A DNA stretch of 64,000 nucleotides from positions 800,001 to 864,000 of the forward strand of contig CAXXMV010000001.1 in the NCBI GenBank assembly GCA_963662285.2, in the 5' to 3' direction. Under the pieces are notes generated by a model that was not told the DNA's origin, did no database searches, and saw only the letters and a program-made list of their open reading frames with translations. This document shows positions 39,580 to 48,675 of this stretch, in pieces (within the stretch, counting starts at the first letter, position 1; each line of letters opens with the position of its first letter). A program made the translations under genes and the position numbers. Source of the stretch: a bacterium. GTDB lineage: Bacteria; Hinthialibacterota; Hinthialibacteria; Hinthialibacterales; Hinthialibacteraceae.

Positions 39580-40491
39580 TTATTTCCAAACAGGTACGCC
39601 TGCGTTTTTCAGTTTGACCATATATAGTCCACGACGGGCGGTAATGAATAGCGTCTGGTTATCCCGGTCGCCGAAGCCGCAATTGGAGGGATTTTCTGGA
39701 ACTATTATTGTTGTAATAAACTTTCCCGATGGACTAAATATTGCTACGCCAGTGCTTGAGGTCGAATACAGGTTGCCAGCCAGATCAACTTTGATGCCAT
39801 CCGGATGAGGCACTTCGGTAAAAACCTTGCCATTTGATAAGTTCCCATCTTTAGCGACGTCAAAGACCCGTACATTTGAATCTGCTGAATCAGCAATATA
39901 TAGCAGTTTCTCATCCGGTGAGAGAGCGATGCCGTTGGGTTTATTGAAATCCTTAATCAGCAAGACAGGTTCTTCTCCAGGCATTACCCGATAGACGCCG
40001 TTAAATGGAATATCGCGTTGCGCTTTATCTGTCAAACCATAATCAGGATCAGTGAAGAAGATCATCCCATCAGAACGAATAGCGCAATCGTTGGGGCTGT
40101 TAAAACGCTTGCCCTCCCATTTATCAGCAATGGAGACGACAGAACCATCCACTTTAGTGATAGAGACGCGGCGGTTTCCATGTTCACAAGCGACCAGATT
40201 ACCTTTTTTGTCAAATGTCAAACCGTTGGAGTTGCCGCAATCGCTGCTCCAGATTTCCGCGCCATTTTTAGCGCTCCATTTATAAATCTTGTTGGGAGGG
40301 ATATCGCTGAACAGCAGATAACCGTCTTTATGCCACACAGGACCTTCGGTAAAATCGAAACCAGCGGCGATCTGCTCTACATCTGAGACGATGATGGAAT
40401 CGGTTTCTGATGCAAATGTCGAGAAAGTGGTTAATCCAAAAAAGATCGAACATACAAGTAGTAATCCAAAATTTCTTCGTGCATTGAACAT
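39580..40491 (-). CDS. Exported SMP-30/gluconolactonase
   Basis: FTEGPVW, FSDIP, SNGL, NSPND, FTDP.YG, PNGIALSPD and PDGIKVD. Confidence 0.93.
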   Translation of the reverse strand: MFNARRNFGLLLVCSIFFGLTTFSTFASETDSIIVSDVEQIAAGFDFTEGPVWHKDGYLLFSDIPPNKIYKWSAKNGAEIWSSDCGNSNGLTFDKKGNLVACEHGNRRVSITKVDGSVVSIADKWEGKRFNSPNDCAIRSDGMIFFTDPDYGLTDKAQRDIPFNGVYRVMPGEEPVLLIKDFNKPNGIALSPDEKLLYIADSADSNVRVFDVAKDGNLSNGKVFTEVPHPDGIKVDLAGNLYSTSSTGVAIFSPSGKFITTIIVPENPSNCGFGDRDNQTLFITARRGLYMVKLKNAGVPVWK

Positions 40492-40613
40492 TTTGTTTCT
40501 CCTTATTTATATACTATTTTTATCGAATTATCTTCTTATTTCGCCCTCACTATAAACCTCTCCCGGAGAGATGATCTTCCTAGAGTGGTTTTGAGATATG
40601 TAGGTGATCGCAT

Positions 40614-40645
40614 CAAGGGCTGACCGCAATGCGGTCTTGCCCTTG
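40614..40645. repeat. REP-like GC-rich palindrome
   Basis: CAAGGGC-T-GACCGCA-A-TGCGGTC-TT-GCCCTTG, 33 nt downstream of the operon's last stop codon. Confidence 0.65.
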
Positions 40646-40677
40646 GCACCCATGCTATTTATTTATTCCCTGTTTTT

Positions 40678-41046
40678 TTATCTGAGTTTCTTGATCTTGA
40701 TAGACGAAGCGCTTGCATCGCGTAAAATGGTTGCGTCTCCATCTACTTTACCGATCAGAACCACTTCGCTGGCCGCACGGGGACGGTCATCCGTCGACGC
40801 AGGAGTGCGTCCATAAAAGATGCAGAAGGCATGTCCCGGAGGCCAATAGGCCAAGTCGCCGATTTCCATAATCTCCTGTCCAGGTTCTTCCATATCCAAG
40901 TGAACCGGGATGCTGAAATAGATTTCATCGCCCCAGACATTATATGGAAGATCAAAGGGCATGGCGTCATAGATGGCTTGAGCGGTTGCATTATCTTCAA
41001 GGGTTGCTGACAATACTGCATCCCCGACCGTGATTTGAATTGTCAT
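40678..41046 (-). CDS. Cyclophilin-like fold protein (DUF369/TM1367 type)
   Basis: WGDEIYFSIP; GDLAYWPPG.AFCIFYG.TP.S. Confidence 0.9.
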   Translation of the reverse strand: MTIQITVGDAVLSATLEDNATAQAIYDAMPFDLPYNVWGDEIYFSIPVHLDMEEPGQEIMEIGDLAYWPPGHAFCIFYGRTPASTDDRPRAASEVVLIGKVDGDATILRDASASSIKIKKLR

Positions 41047-41058
41047 GGCGATGTTTCC

Positions 41059-42606
41059 TTATTTCTTTTCGGGGCCATCCAGAACAATTGCCTTATCAAC
41101 ATAAATCATGCAATCCTCAGAAACAGGTTGCTTATTTCCAGTGACTACGACGGTGATGGTATGCTTGCTTCTGGGCAATCCCATTACATGGTAAATGCTT
41201 TCAGCGCCCTTGCTGCGCTCATAATAGAGATTAATCGAACGTTTTTTGGCGCCATCCAGATAGACGTCGGCGATACCGGCATCTTTATTATATGAACCAA
41301 GAACCAAGGCGCCGGTTCCTTCAAAGGTAAAGGTTGCTTTTGCGCCGGTCTGATTGGATATCATGGCGCCGTTTTTCTTTCGCCAATCGCCTTGCCATGA
41401 GAAAGCCGGCTGATCTTCTTGAACTACCGCTACGGGTTGATCCTGTTCCCACTGTTCTAGTTTGGCGGGGATGGGCTGCTGAATGGCTACTTTAATCTGA
41501 TCCCGGTCGATTGAACCGCCTTGTTGAACAATTAATTTTTTGGCGCGTTTAAGAGTGCTTTGGCAGATTTCAGCAAAAGAGTAATCGGTATAACTAAATT
41601 TTTCATCTTTAATTGCTTCGATCTCAGTTGTCCATTGTTCAGGAAGATTGTCATAACCCAGAACGATGCCGAGAACGCCAGCCGCGCTGGCCGGATTGCA
41701 ATCAGAATCCTGACCGCACATGGTTGAGATGTTGATGGTTTTTTCCAAGTCGCCTTCTCCATAGAGAAGACCGATTGCGATATAAGCGCCATTGGTTTTG
41801 GCATCTATATCAAAGTTATTCTTTACACCTTGGGAACATAGGTCGCGGTTAGCCCATTTGTCCTCAAACAACTGCCAGGTTTTCTGCCAATCAGTCGGGT
41901 GTTGTTTACTCCATTCGACGACATCAACAAGACAACGGGCGTATTCACTTTCTGCAGGCAAGGCATCGATACCCGCTTGAACGATTTTCTTGACGTCATT
42001 TTCGAAATATGCAACTGAGTACATGGCGCATACGAACATGCCGCCATATACGCCGTCACCGTAATTCATGACATGACCAATGCGGTCGCAGAAGAAATTT
42101 GATGAAGCGGGCATTCCTGGGCACATCAATCCGATAAAATCGGCCTCTATCTGGAAATCGATATCATCAGCATGTATATTATAAAGAGGATGCCCGGACT
42201 GTGGTGGAAGGATGCCATTACGGCAATTTTGACGGCCAATAAAATTAGCGTGCCACAACCGGTATTTGCTTCTGGCGAATGCCTGTCCATAGGAAACCGC
42301 CGGAGCATCAAGCCCTTCGACATCCATGACCTCAGCAAAGGTCATGTCGACATACAAATCATCCTGATTAATAGCGCTGCGCACTGAAGATGGATTCCAC
42401 TCGATTGGTTTATCATAGGTCTGCGCCTGTGCGCGAAACTCGGTCGGTCCGCCAACCGCCACGCCAATCATTTGTCCGGCCCAACCACCGCGGATTTTAT
42501 TGAGTAAATCCGCTTCAGTGATAACATGAGTTGAATCTGCACTGAAAGAAAGCGAGGCCCCAATAAAGGTCAAACAAAATATTACGCCGAAATAGAAATT
42601 ACGCAT
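41059..42606 (-). CDS. Exported ADP-ribosylglycohydrolase-family protein with C-terminal beta-domain
   Basis: Signal peptide; GGWAGQMIGV..G.PTE; NQDD; IDFQIEAD; GQDSDCN. Confidence 0.85.
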   Translation of the reverse strand: MRNFYFGVIFCLTFIGASLSFSADSTHVITEADLLNKIRGGWAGQMIGVAVGGPTEFRAQAQTYDKPIEWNPSSVRSAINQDDLYVDMTFAEVMDVEGLDAPAVSYGQAFARSKYRLWHANFIGRQNCRNGILPPQSGHPLYNIHADDIDFQIEADFIGLMCPGMPASSNFFCDRIGHVMNYGDGVYGGMFVCAMYSVAYFENDVKKIVQAGIDALPAESEYARCLVDVVEWSKQHPTDWQKTWQLFEDKWANRDLCSQGVKNNFDIDAKTNGAYIAIGLLYGEGDLEKTINISTMCGQDSDCNPASAAGVLGIVLGYDNLPEQWTTEIEAIKDEKFSYTDYSFAEICQSTLKRAKKLIVQQGGSIDRDQIKVAIQQPIPAKLEQWEQDQPVAVVQEDQPAFSWQGDWRKKNGAMISNQTGAKATFTFEGTGALVLGSYNKDAGIADVYLDGAKKRSINLYYERSKGAESIYHVMGLPRSKHTITVVVTGNKQPVSEDCMIYVDKAIVLDGPEKK

Positions 42607-42626
42607 TTATCCATCTCCTATAATTC

Positions 42627-45152
42627 TTAAAATGAATCTTCCCGCTCCAAACCATAAATAACCGGTTGAATCCATGTTGATGAATCGCATTGCATAAGCC
42701 ATGACAGTTGGTTGCTTCCCCGCTGCAAAGGAATACGGTAGCGATATGGCAAAATGCTATCATCCTCTACATCGAAGCGGGTAACATCCTTACCTGTCAA
42801 AAGGACATTATTAATCAGCAAACGGTTTTTCAGCTGGGTAATTTTACCTGAATCTTTTCGAAATATAAATGGGACAATTTCCGCAGGATTTATTTCAAAA
42901 CGATAAATTCCCGACTGCTCTACGTCGATATTCCAAGTAAGAAAACAGAGTCCTTCTGAGATTTTTTGAGCAGATAAAACCTCGCCGAGATTAAAACGCT
43001 TACTTTTCTTATCCTTTGAGATATCCTGCTCATTTTTGTTTTTTGAATTAATAAAACCGAGCAGCAAACTGTCTCCATCCAAGGTTTTGATTGTATATGG
43101 CGTTTTCCGATCGGGATCATCCGGCATAGCGAAAGAGCCTTGTAATAGGAGTGATTGAGGCGCCTTTTGGGTGGGAACCAACATTAAAGAATCGACGCCG
43201 ACGGAATATCCGGAAGAATTTTTATTCTTATCATTAACTAGAAAATTGATGCGCGGAGAATCAGAGGCATGAATAAAAAACGGAGTCTTGGGATTGAGGG
43301 GCTTTGGCTTCTTGATCCGATCATATAAATCCACCTTGTCAGATATCAACTGTTGATTAATCAGAATAGAAATGATTGCTCCAGACGGATCAGATGTGAG
43401 GCTGCATTTTAAACGATTCCACCCGGAATATACCTGACGAGGCAAAGTGAGCGCAATAGATGCACCTGCTTGAAAGGCGTCAAAATTAATTTGTTGATTG
43501 CCGCTCCAATCAGAACCATAAGGCAGCATGTCTTGTGGATCATAAACACCCATAACAGACTCGACAGGAAGAGTTTCCGCCTCCAATTGGCCTTCAAGAT
43601 ATTGCTCAGTTGAATCCATAACAATAACTGGTTGATTAATAGGCAGAGTTCTGAAATGACGCGCTCCGGCAGGGAGTATTACAGGAGTGATTCTTTCAAT
43701 ATTTTCCTGATATAAAAACACGGTTGATGCGTAATCTTTTCGTTTGATATTCCCTTTACCGTGTTCAAGAGTAATAATTGCGCCCTCTTCAAACTCGATA
43801 GGAGCAGGAAGGAATAATCTTAGAAGTTCGTTTCTAAAAGGCTTACTATTTTTCCCAGCCGTAAAAAGATGGTTTGTTGATAACACATTCCCCGCCATAT
43901 CAAAGAAACCATAGTTCCCGGCGCCATGGAAAGCCGGAATCTCGCTAAATGATGAAGTTAACAGCATGACGTCGCTCTGTGGAAAAGGAGAAGCATCAAG
44001 TTCCCATGCAATTAAATGCCCCGCTCCTTTAACGGATAGAGCAACATAGTTTTCTTCGCCCTTGCTTAAAAATTCCTTTCGCTGTTGATTCCATTTGAGA
44101 TTGCGAACCACCGTTTCATTATCTCTATGCCAATATGCATGAAAAGTTCGCAGGCGCTTAGGCAGAGTTGATTCCTGTTGAAGATATAGAACAAATTCAA
44201 AGGTATAGGAATTCCTGTCTGATCCATTTTCAATGACAAAGCGAGCTGATTCATAAAACGGCATCGGAAAATAGCAATACCCCCAACCACTGGTCTCTTC
44301 TCCAAGAGCGAAGGTACGCATTCCCCCTCCAAAAAAATCATACACCGGCGCCAGAATACTGGGGTGCTCTTCATTATCCCAATAAGCGCGTAAAACCAAA
44401 TCTCGCCCGGCATCATCTCCACCAGACCATTGCATCCTTATCCCCCGAATAACGGCGGGGCCTTCCATAGTAGTAAGGTTGATATGTTCTCCTGCGGCGA
44501 TGGAATGAGGTATTGAATATTCTTCGATATGGCTGCCGCTTTTGAAAGGAGGTATATCTGATAGTTTGTATCGTTGCGCTATTGAAGATAACTTGTTATC
44601 ATCCTTTTTAGGGAAAGGGAAATCAAAAGGGCTAACCTGCTCTTCAAAAGGAAAGTTGACGTATTCTATCTGGAAGTAATTTAAATCACTAACGGCAATT
44701 TTACAGAATTTTTGATATGGGATGGGTATGTATGACCAATATGCCCCGGATTTTTTATCAACATACACAAAAGGTTCGATGAAAGGCTTAATCTTTCCTT
44801 GAAAAAGATCCTGGAAATCAGTTTGGATTTTTGGAGAAGCTCCATCATCAATAAAAATACGTATCATTCCCGTAGGCGCCATACTCCAAATACGGGTAAT
44901 CGCCCCCGGTCCCTGCATTTCAGCAATTACAAACCAGTCTCCCTCCTTGCGGATGAAACCTGTTCCGTCCTGGTTTCCACCGAGTCGATCATAGCTGGAA
45001 GCCATGTTAACCGTATGATTTGGAGGAAGATATAGAGTATCGAGAGAAATTGAATCACCTAATAATGTGAATAAATCTTTATCAGGAGACGCAGATTGAA
45101 CCGGATTAATACATAAGGAGAGAATAATCGAATAAAATGCTGCGCGTAGAAT
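42627..45152 (-). CDS. Exported DUF2961/GH172-like protein, probable ATT start
   Basis: SSYDRLGGN.D; GPGAITRIW; GPAVIRGI; LRAYWDNE..PSI.AP; YFPMPF; LEHG. The ATT overlapping the upstream TAA gives a 21-aa signal peptide. Confidence 0.8.
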   Translation of the reverse strand: MLRAAFYSIILSLCINPVQSASPDKDLFTLLGDSISLDTLYLPPNHTVNMASSYDRLGGNQDGTGFIRKEGDWFVIAEMQGPGAITRIWSMAPTGMIRIFIDDGASPKIQTDFQDLFQGKIKPFIEPFVYVDKKSGAYWSYIPIPYQKFCKIAVSDLNYFQIEYVNFPFEEQVSPFDFPFPKKDDNKLSSIAQRYKLSDIPPFKSGSHIEEYSIPHSIAAGEHINLTTMEGPAVIRGIRMQWSGGDDAGRDLVLRAYWDNEEHPSILAPVYDFFGGGMRTFALGEETSGWGYCYFPMPFYESARFVIENGSDRNSYTFEFVLYLQQESTLPKRLRTFHAYWHRDNETVVRNLKWNQQRKEFLSKGEENYVALSVKGAGHLIAWELDASPFPQSDVMLLTSSFSEIPAFHGAGNYGFFDMAGNVLSTNHLFTAGKNSKPFRNELLRLFLPAPIEFEEGAIITLEHGKGNIKRKDYASTVFLYQENIERITPVILPAGARHFRTLPINQPVIVMDSTEQYLEGQLEAETLPVESVMGVYDPQDMLPYGSDWSGNQQINFDAFQAGASIALTLPRQVYSGWNRLKCSLTSDPSGAIISILINQQLISDKVDLYDRIKKPKPLNPKTPFFIHASDSPRINFLVNDKNKNSSGYSVGVDSLMLVPTQKAPQSLLLQGSFAMPDDPDRKTPYTIKTLDGDSLLLGFINSKNKNEQDISKDKKSKRFNLGEVLSAQKISEGLCFLTWNIDVEQSGIYRFEINPAEIVPFIFRKDSGKITQLKNRLLINNVLLTGKDVTRFDVEDDSILPYRYRIPLQRGSNQLSWLMQCDSSTWIQPVIYGLEREDSF

Positions 45153-46321
45153 TAACGCGCAGGCGATTTTCTTATTTGGCGTAACGTGGTCTTGACATTG
45201 ACGGCATAAAGCCGGGAGCCACGCTTGACCTCGAAACGAATAATTTCGTTGGGTTCTGTTTTGGAAATGAAATCTATTAAATTCCAAACTATTTTTTCCC
45301 GTCTTCCATTAAATCCGAGGATAAGATCGCCTTTTTTCAATCCTGCTAAAGCAGCAGAACTATCCGGGATCACCTCTTCAACAACAATACCATTTATATC
45401 TTGCCCTAAACCTACGCCTGAAATCCAGCCCCGCTCGCGTTTCCCGGTTCGAATAATTGCAAGAGCTGAATCGGCGATGATATCTGATGGTATCAGAAAT
45501 GTGATTCCTGGCCATCGTCCCAGGGAAAATTCAGAGGCCATCACGCCAACCAGTTTGCCAGAAGGACTGAAAACCGGGGCGCCTTCATTGCCTGGATAAA
45601 AGGGCAGATCTGTTTGAATATATTTCTCTATATCATATAACCCAAGCAATCGATTGTATCCACCTATAACGCCAGAAAATGGAGATGCAGGAAGATCATA
45701 AGGTCGTTGAATCGCCATAACATACGAAGCGATAGGCAATTGGTTATTCCAGTTGTTCAGAGAATCATTAGCGCCCTGATTACTATTATATTCTTTCAGA
45801 TCAATGTAATTACTGAAAGTGACGTCTTCAACACGTAGTACGGCAATGCCGCTCAATTCATCTATGCCATGCAATACGGCTTTGCTTATCCAACGGTAAT
45901 CATCTTTAATAGCAATCACGGCGCCAAAAGTGGCGCTTTTTACTACGGCGCTTAGCGTTAAAAGATGGTGCGGGCTTATTGCCAATCCAGCGCCTCTCAC
46001 ACGATTATTGCTCAACATTTGCTCTTTCATCAAATCCAATTTACGCCGCATGGCGTTCATCACATTCTTGAACATATACTGACCAGCCAGGGCGCCGGAG
46101 CCGTCTGATACGATATCTGAATAATTATCCTGCAAATCGCTAAACTGATCCACCAAAACCTGGTGTCTCTCGATAATGTAATCTTTGGGGATTTCAACGT
46201 TAATAGAATAAACCGCCGGAGAATAACGGCTAAAAGTATCATAGATCGCCATATCTCCCTGGGCGGGAGCATAATAAGGCAAACAGCACAATCCTAGAAT
46301 AAATAGAGCGAATCGTTTCAA
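45152..46321 (-). CDS. HtrA/DegP-like trypsin-fold + PDZ protein, catalytically inactive
   Basis: Signal peptide; IQTDLPFYPGNEGAPVF...G.LVGV; PDZ motif SAALAGLKKGDLIL. Confidence 0.85.
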   Translation of the reverse strand: MKRFALFILGLCCLPYYAPAQGDMAIYDTFSRYSPAVYSINVEIPKDYIIERHQVLVDQFSDLQDNYSDIVSDGSGALAGQYMFKNVMNAMRRKLDLMKEQMLSNNRVRGAGLAISPHHLLTLSAVVKSATFGAVIAIKDDYRWISKAVLHGIDELSGIAVLRVEDVTFSNYIDLKEYNSNQGANDSLNNWNNQLPIASYVMAIQRPYDLPASPFSGVIGGYNRLLGLYDIEKYIQTDLPFYPGNEGAPVFSPSGKLVGVMASEFSLGRWPGITFLIPSDIIADSALAIIRTGKRERGWISGVGLGQDINGIVVEEVIPDSSAALAGLKKGDLILGFNGRREKIVWNLIDFISKTEPNEIIRFEVKRGSRLYAVNVKTTLRQIRKSPAR

Positions 46322-46594
46322 GGCAATCCTCCAAACATTACGTATGATAATACTTAACCCAAGCGTACATAAGAACGCGCTTCGAGCATTAAGGTAACGA
46401 TCATATTTGGGGAAGTCACTCTAGTAGTGCGTCCTGAATCGTTTTACCGGGGAATATTTTACTCCCTTACCCCTGATCCTCTTTTGGCTGGAGAAGGGAT
46501 TTTGTGACCCTGAATTTATGTTTAGACATAGTGCTGGAGGGAAAATTACTGAGAATATATGCTCCTGAAATATAATAGCGCTTTTTACGCAGGT

Positions 46595-47710
46595 TTATGG
46601 TTTTATTCTTGATCCCAAAAGACGCATGATGAGTTTATATATTCGGTAACTCCTGCGTTGTTCAAGATCATTTCGCCAGCGCTGAGCTTCAGTTATATTA
46701 TGAAGGGCGGAGGCATAGGTCTCCTCCCAATTCTGCACGCCTAATTCCAACTTGGAGATATAGTCTTCCACTTCAGCAGTTAATTCTGGTTTTGCCGGGG
46801 AAACATCTACTGCGTCATCTTCATCAGTTTTATCATCTGATTTATCATCTGATTTATCAACTACTTGTTTATCATCTATTAATGCATCTTGATCATCAGA
46901 TTTAGGCGCAACGCTCTGATTTTGAGAGACGAGATCAAGAAGACCTTGCGTAACGATCTTCTGGAAAACAATCTCAGATTCGACCTGCTCATTGATAGGA
47001 GTTTCTATCATGCTTAAAGATATGGGTTGGTCAGCATGAAACAGATGTAAAAGTACTTTCCTATAAGCAGGCGACTTAAAATCGTGGATATAGAGTTCGT
47101 CCTGATAAATCTGGTTTATACGCGATGCAAGATCGAGAGATTTCGGCAAAGCCTCAAGGAGAACATCCAATAGTTGAAGATGCACCCAGCGGGAAATATC
47201 ACCCAGATCAAAAACCGCCACCTGTCCGCCAAAGGATTGCAATTGCTGAATAATCTCCTCAGTATCAGGCAGAGGATTCTGGGCATGCTCCGCCAACCAG
47301 GGGTGATCTTTATGATGAAGGTGAGTATAGGCGTCGCAAACCTGTTTCTCCGCAGCCTCTACCAGGGTATCCTTAAAAGGAAAGGTAAGGATCAAACCAG
47401 TACGCGAAACGCGAATCATTTCCTGTAAGACGCTAGCGCGATCCTTCGGATCGATATGCTCTAGAACATCCAAAGAGACCGACATATCAAAAGATTGATC
47501 GCGAACAGGAAGATGAACAGCGCTGCCGCGCATTTGTTCGCCTGGCGCATCAACCAGAGGATCGCAAATAATCCATTCGTGATCAGGCGCCATACTACGC
47601 ATACGGCCTGGATATCCACCGACATCCAGCACTCGTCCAGGATCGGGAAGCGCCCAATTAAGCAGATGCTTTACTGTTTCACACCGTTGCCACGAATCGA
47701 AATCAAGCAT
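46595..47710 (-). CDS. Class I SAM methyltransferase with acidic linker and coiled-coil tail
   Basis: VLDVGG; LP..DQSFD...SLDVLEHI; EMIRVSR. Confidence 0.85.
   Translation of the reverse strand: MLDFDSWQRCETVKHLLNWALPDPGRVLDVGGYPGRMRSMAPDHEWIICDPLVDAPGEQMRGSAVHLPVRDQSFDMSVSLDVLEHIDPKDRASVLQEMIRVSRTGLILTFPFKDTLVEAAEKQVCDAYTHLHHKDHPWLAEHAQNPLPDTEEIIQQLQSFGGQVAVFDLGDISRWVHLQLLDVLLEALPKSLDLASRINQIYQDELYIHDFKSPAYRKVLLHLFHADQPISLSMIETPINEQVESEIVFQKIVTQGLLDLVSQNQSVAPKSDDQDALIDDKQVVDKSDDKSDDKTDEDDAVDVSPAKPELTAEVEDYISKLELGVQNWEETYASALHNITEAQRWRNDLEQRRSYRIYKLIMRLLGSRIKP
46829..46859. repeat. 12-bp in-frame tandem repeat (TTTATCATCTGA x2.6)
   Basis: Encodes DKSDDKSDDK in the methyltransferase linker. 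Confidence 0.85.
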
Positions 47711-47868
47711 CGAGTATTATCCTTACTGATTTTGTGAATTGCTCACTAGAAAACAACTCAATATCACATATCCAAATTCAAACTAATAGGGATATAGAAC
47801 CATATAAAATTACTCTTTAGAATTATTTTACTTTTAATTGTCCTTTTCAAGTCAACTTGAATATTTTT

Positions 47869-48582
47869 TCACCCGATAAGCGTAGGTAATTCTAATGATA
47901 TGGGTCGATCAGAACCATATCCTTCCGCATAGGTCACGCCAATTTTCGCTCCTATAGTCCGATTATAAGCCTTAATCTGAGATAAATAATCACTGGTTCC
48001 AACATATTTATACCCATCAGGTAATTGCGGCTCAACGAATTGCGAGCGAAAAGCGGTGAGCGCCTGTAATTTTACTTCAAATTGATCTGAAATATCTATG
48101 GCGAATGTCATATTTTTTATTTCATGCAGAAAATAATACAAACACCATTGAGCAGAAAAAGCAGCCGATTCAGTCTCTACTTTGGGTAACCGGGCCAGAA
48201 AAAACGCCGCCTGAACAAGTTGTCCACCGGCTCGATGATCTGGATGAGGATCATGCGGCGAACAGACAAAAACATAGGGACTGCGAAACCGGCGGATCAT
48301 TTCGGCAACCTTCAGGCGATTTTCATGAGAATCAGTTATTTGACCGTCTCCCAGATCAAGATTTCCCCGGTGATGCAGTCCGAGAATGCGTGAAGATTCT
48401 TCAACCTCTAAAGCGCGAGTTTCAGCATCACCTTTTGTGCCAAGTTCTCCCCGGCATAGATCAATCACGCCAATCCGTTTACCGGCTTTGACCATTTTCA
48501 CAATGGCGCCGCCCATCCCCAATTCGGCGTCATCAGGATGGGGAGCGAAGATCAATACGTCTAATGGATTCTTATCACTCAT
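47869..48582 (-). CDS. bshB1: Bacillithiol biosynthesis deacetylase (PIG-L/LmbE family)
   Basis: PHPDDAELGMGG; DL.RGELGTKG..ETR..E; HPDH; FRSQF; YAEG. Confidence 0.85.
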   Translation of the reverse strand: MSDKNPLDVLIFAPHPDDAELGMGGAIVKMVKAGKRIGVIDLCRGELGTKGDAETRALEVEESSRILGLHHRGNLDLGDGQITDSHENRLKVAEMIRRFRSPYVFVCSPHDPHPDHRAGGQLVQAAFFLARLPKVETESAAFSAQWCLYYFLHEIKNMTFAIDISDQFEVKLQALTAFRSQFVEPQLPDGYKYVGTSDYLSQIKAYNRTIGAKIGVTYAEGYGSDRPISLELPTLIG

Positions 48583-48675
48583 GACGAGAAACGCCTTTCC
48601 GCTATATATAAAACAACATTCTGATATCCTACGAGGGAAACGTGATCAACACAACCAGATCAGGAGAATAGTTCA

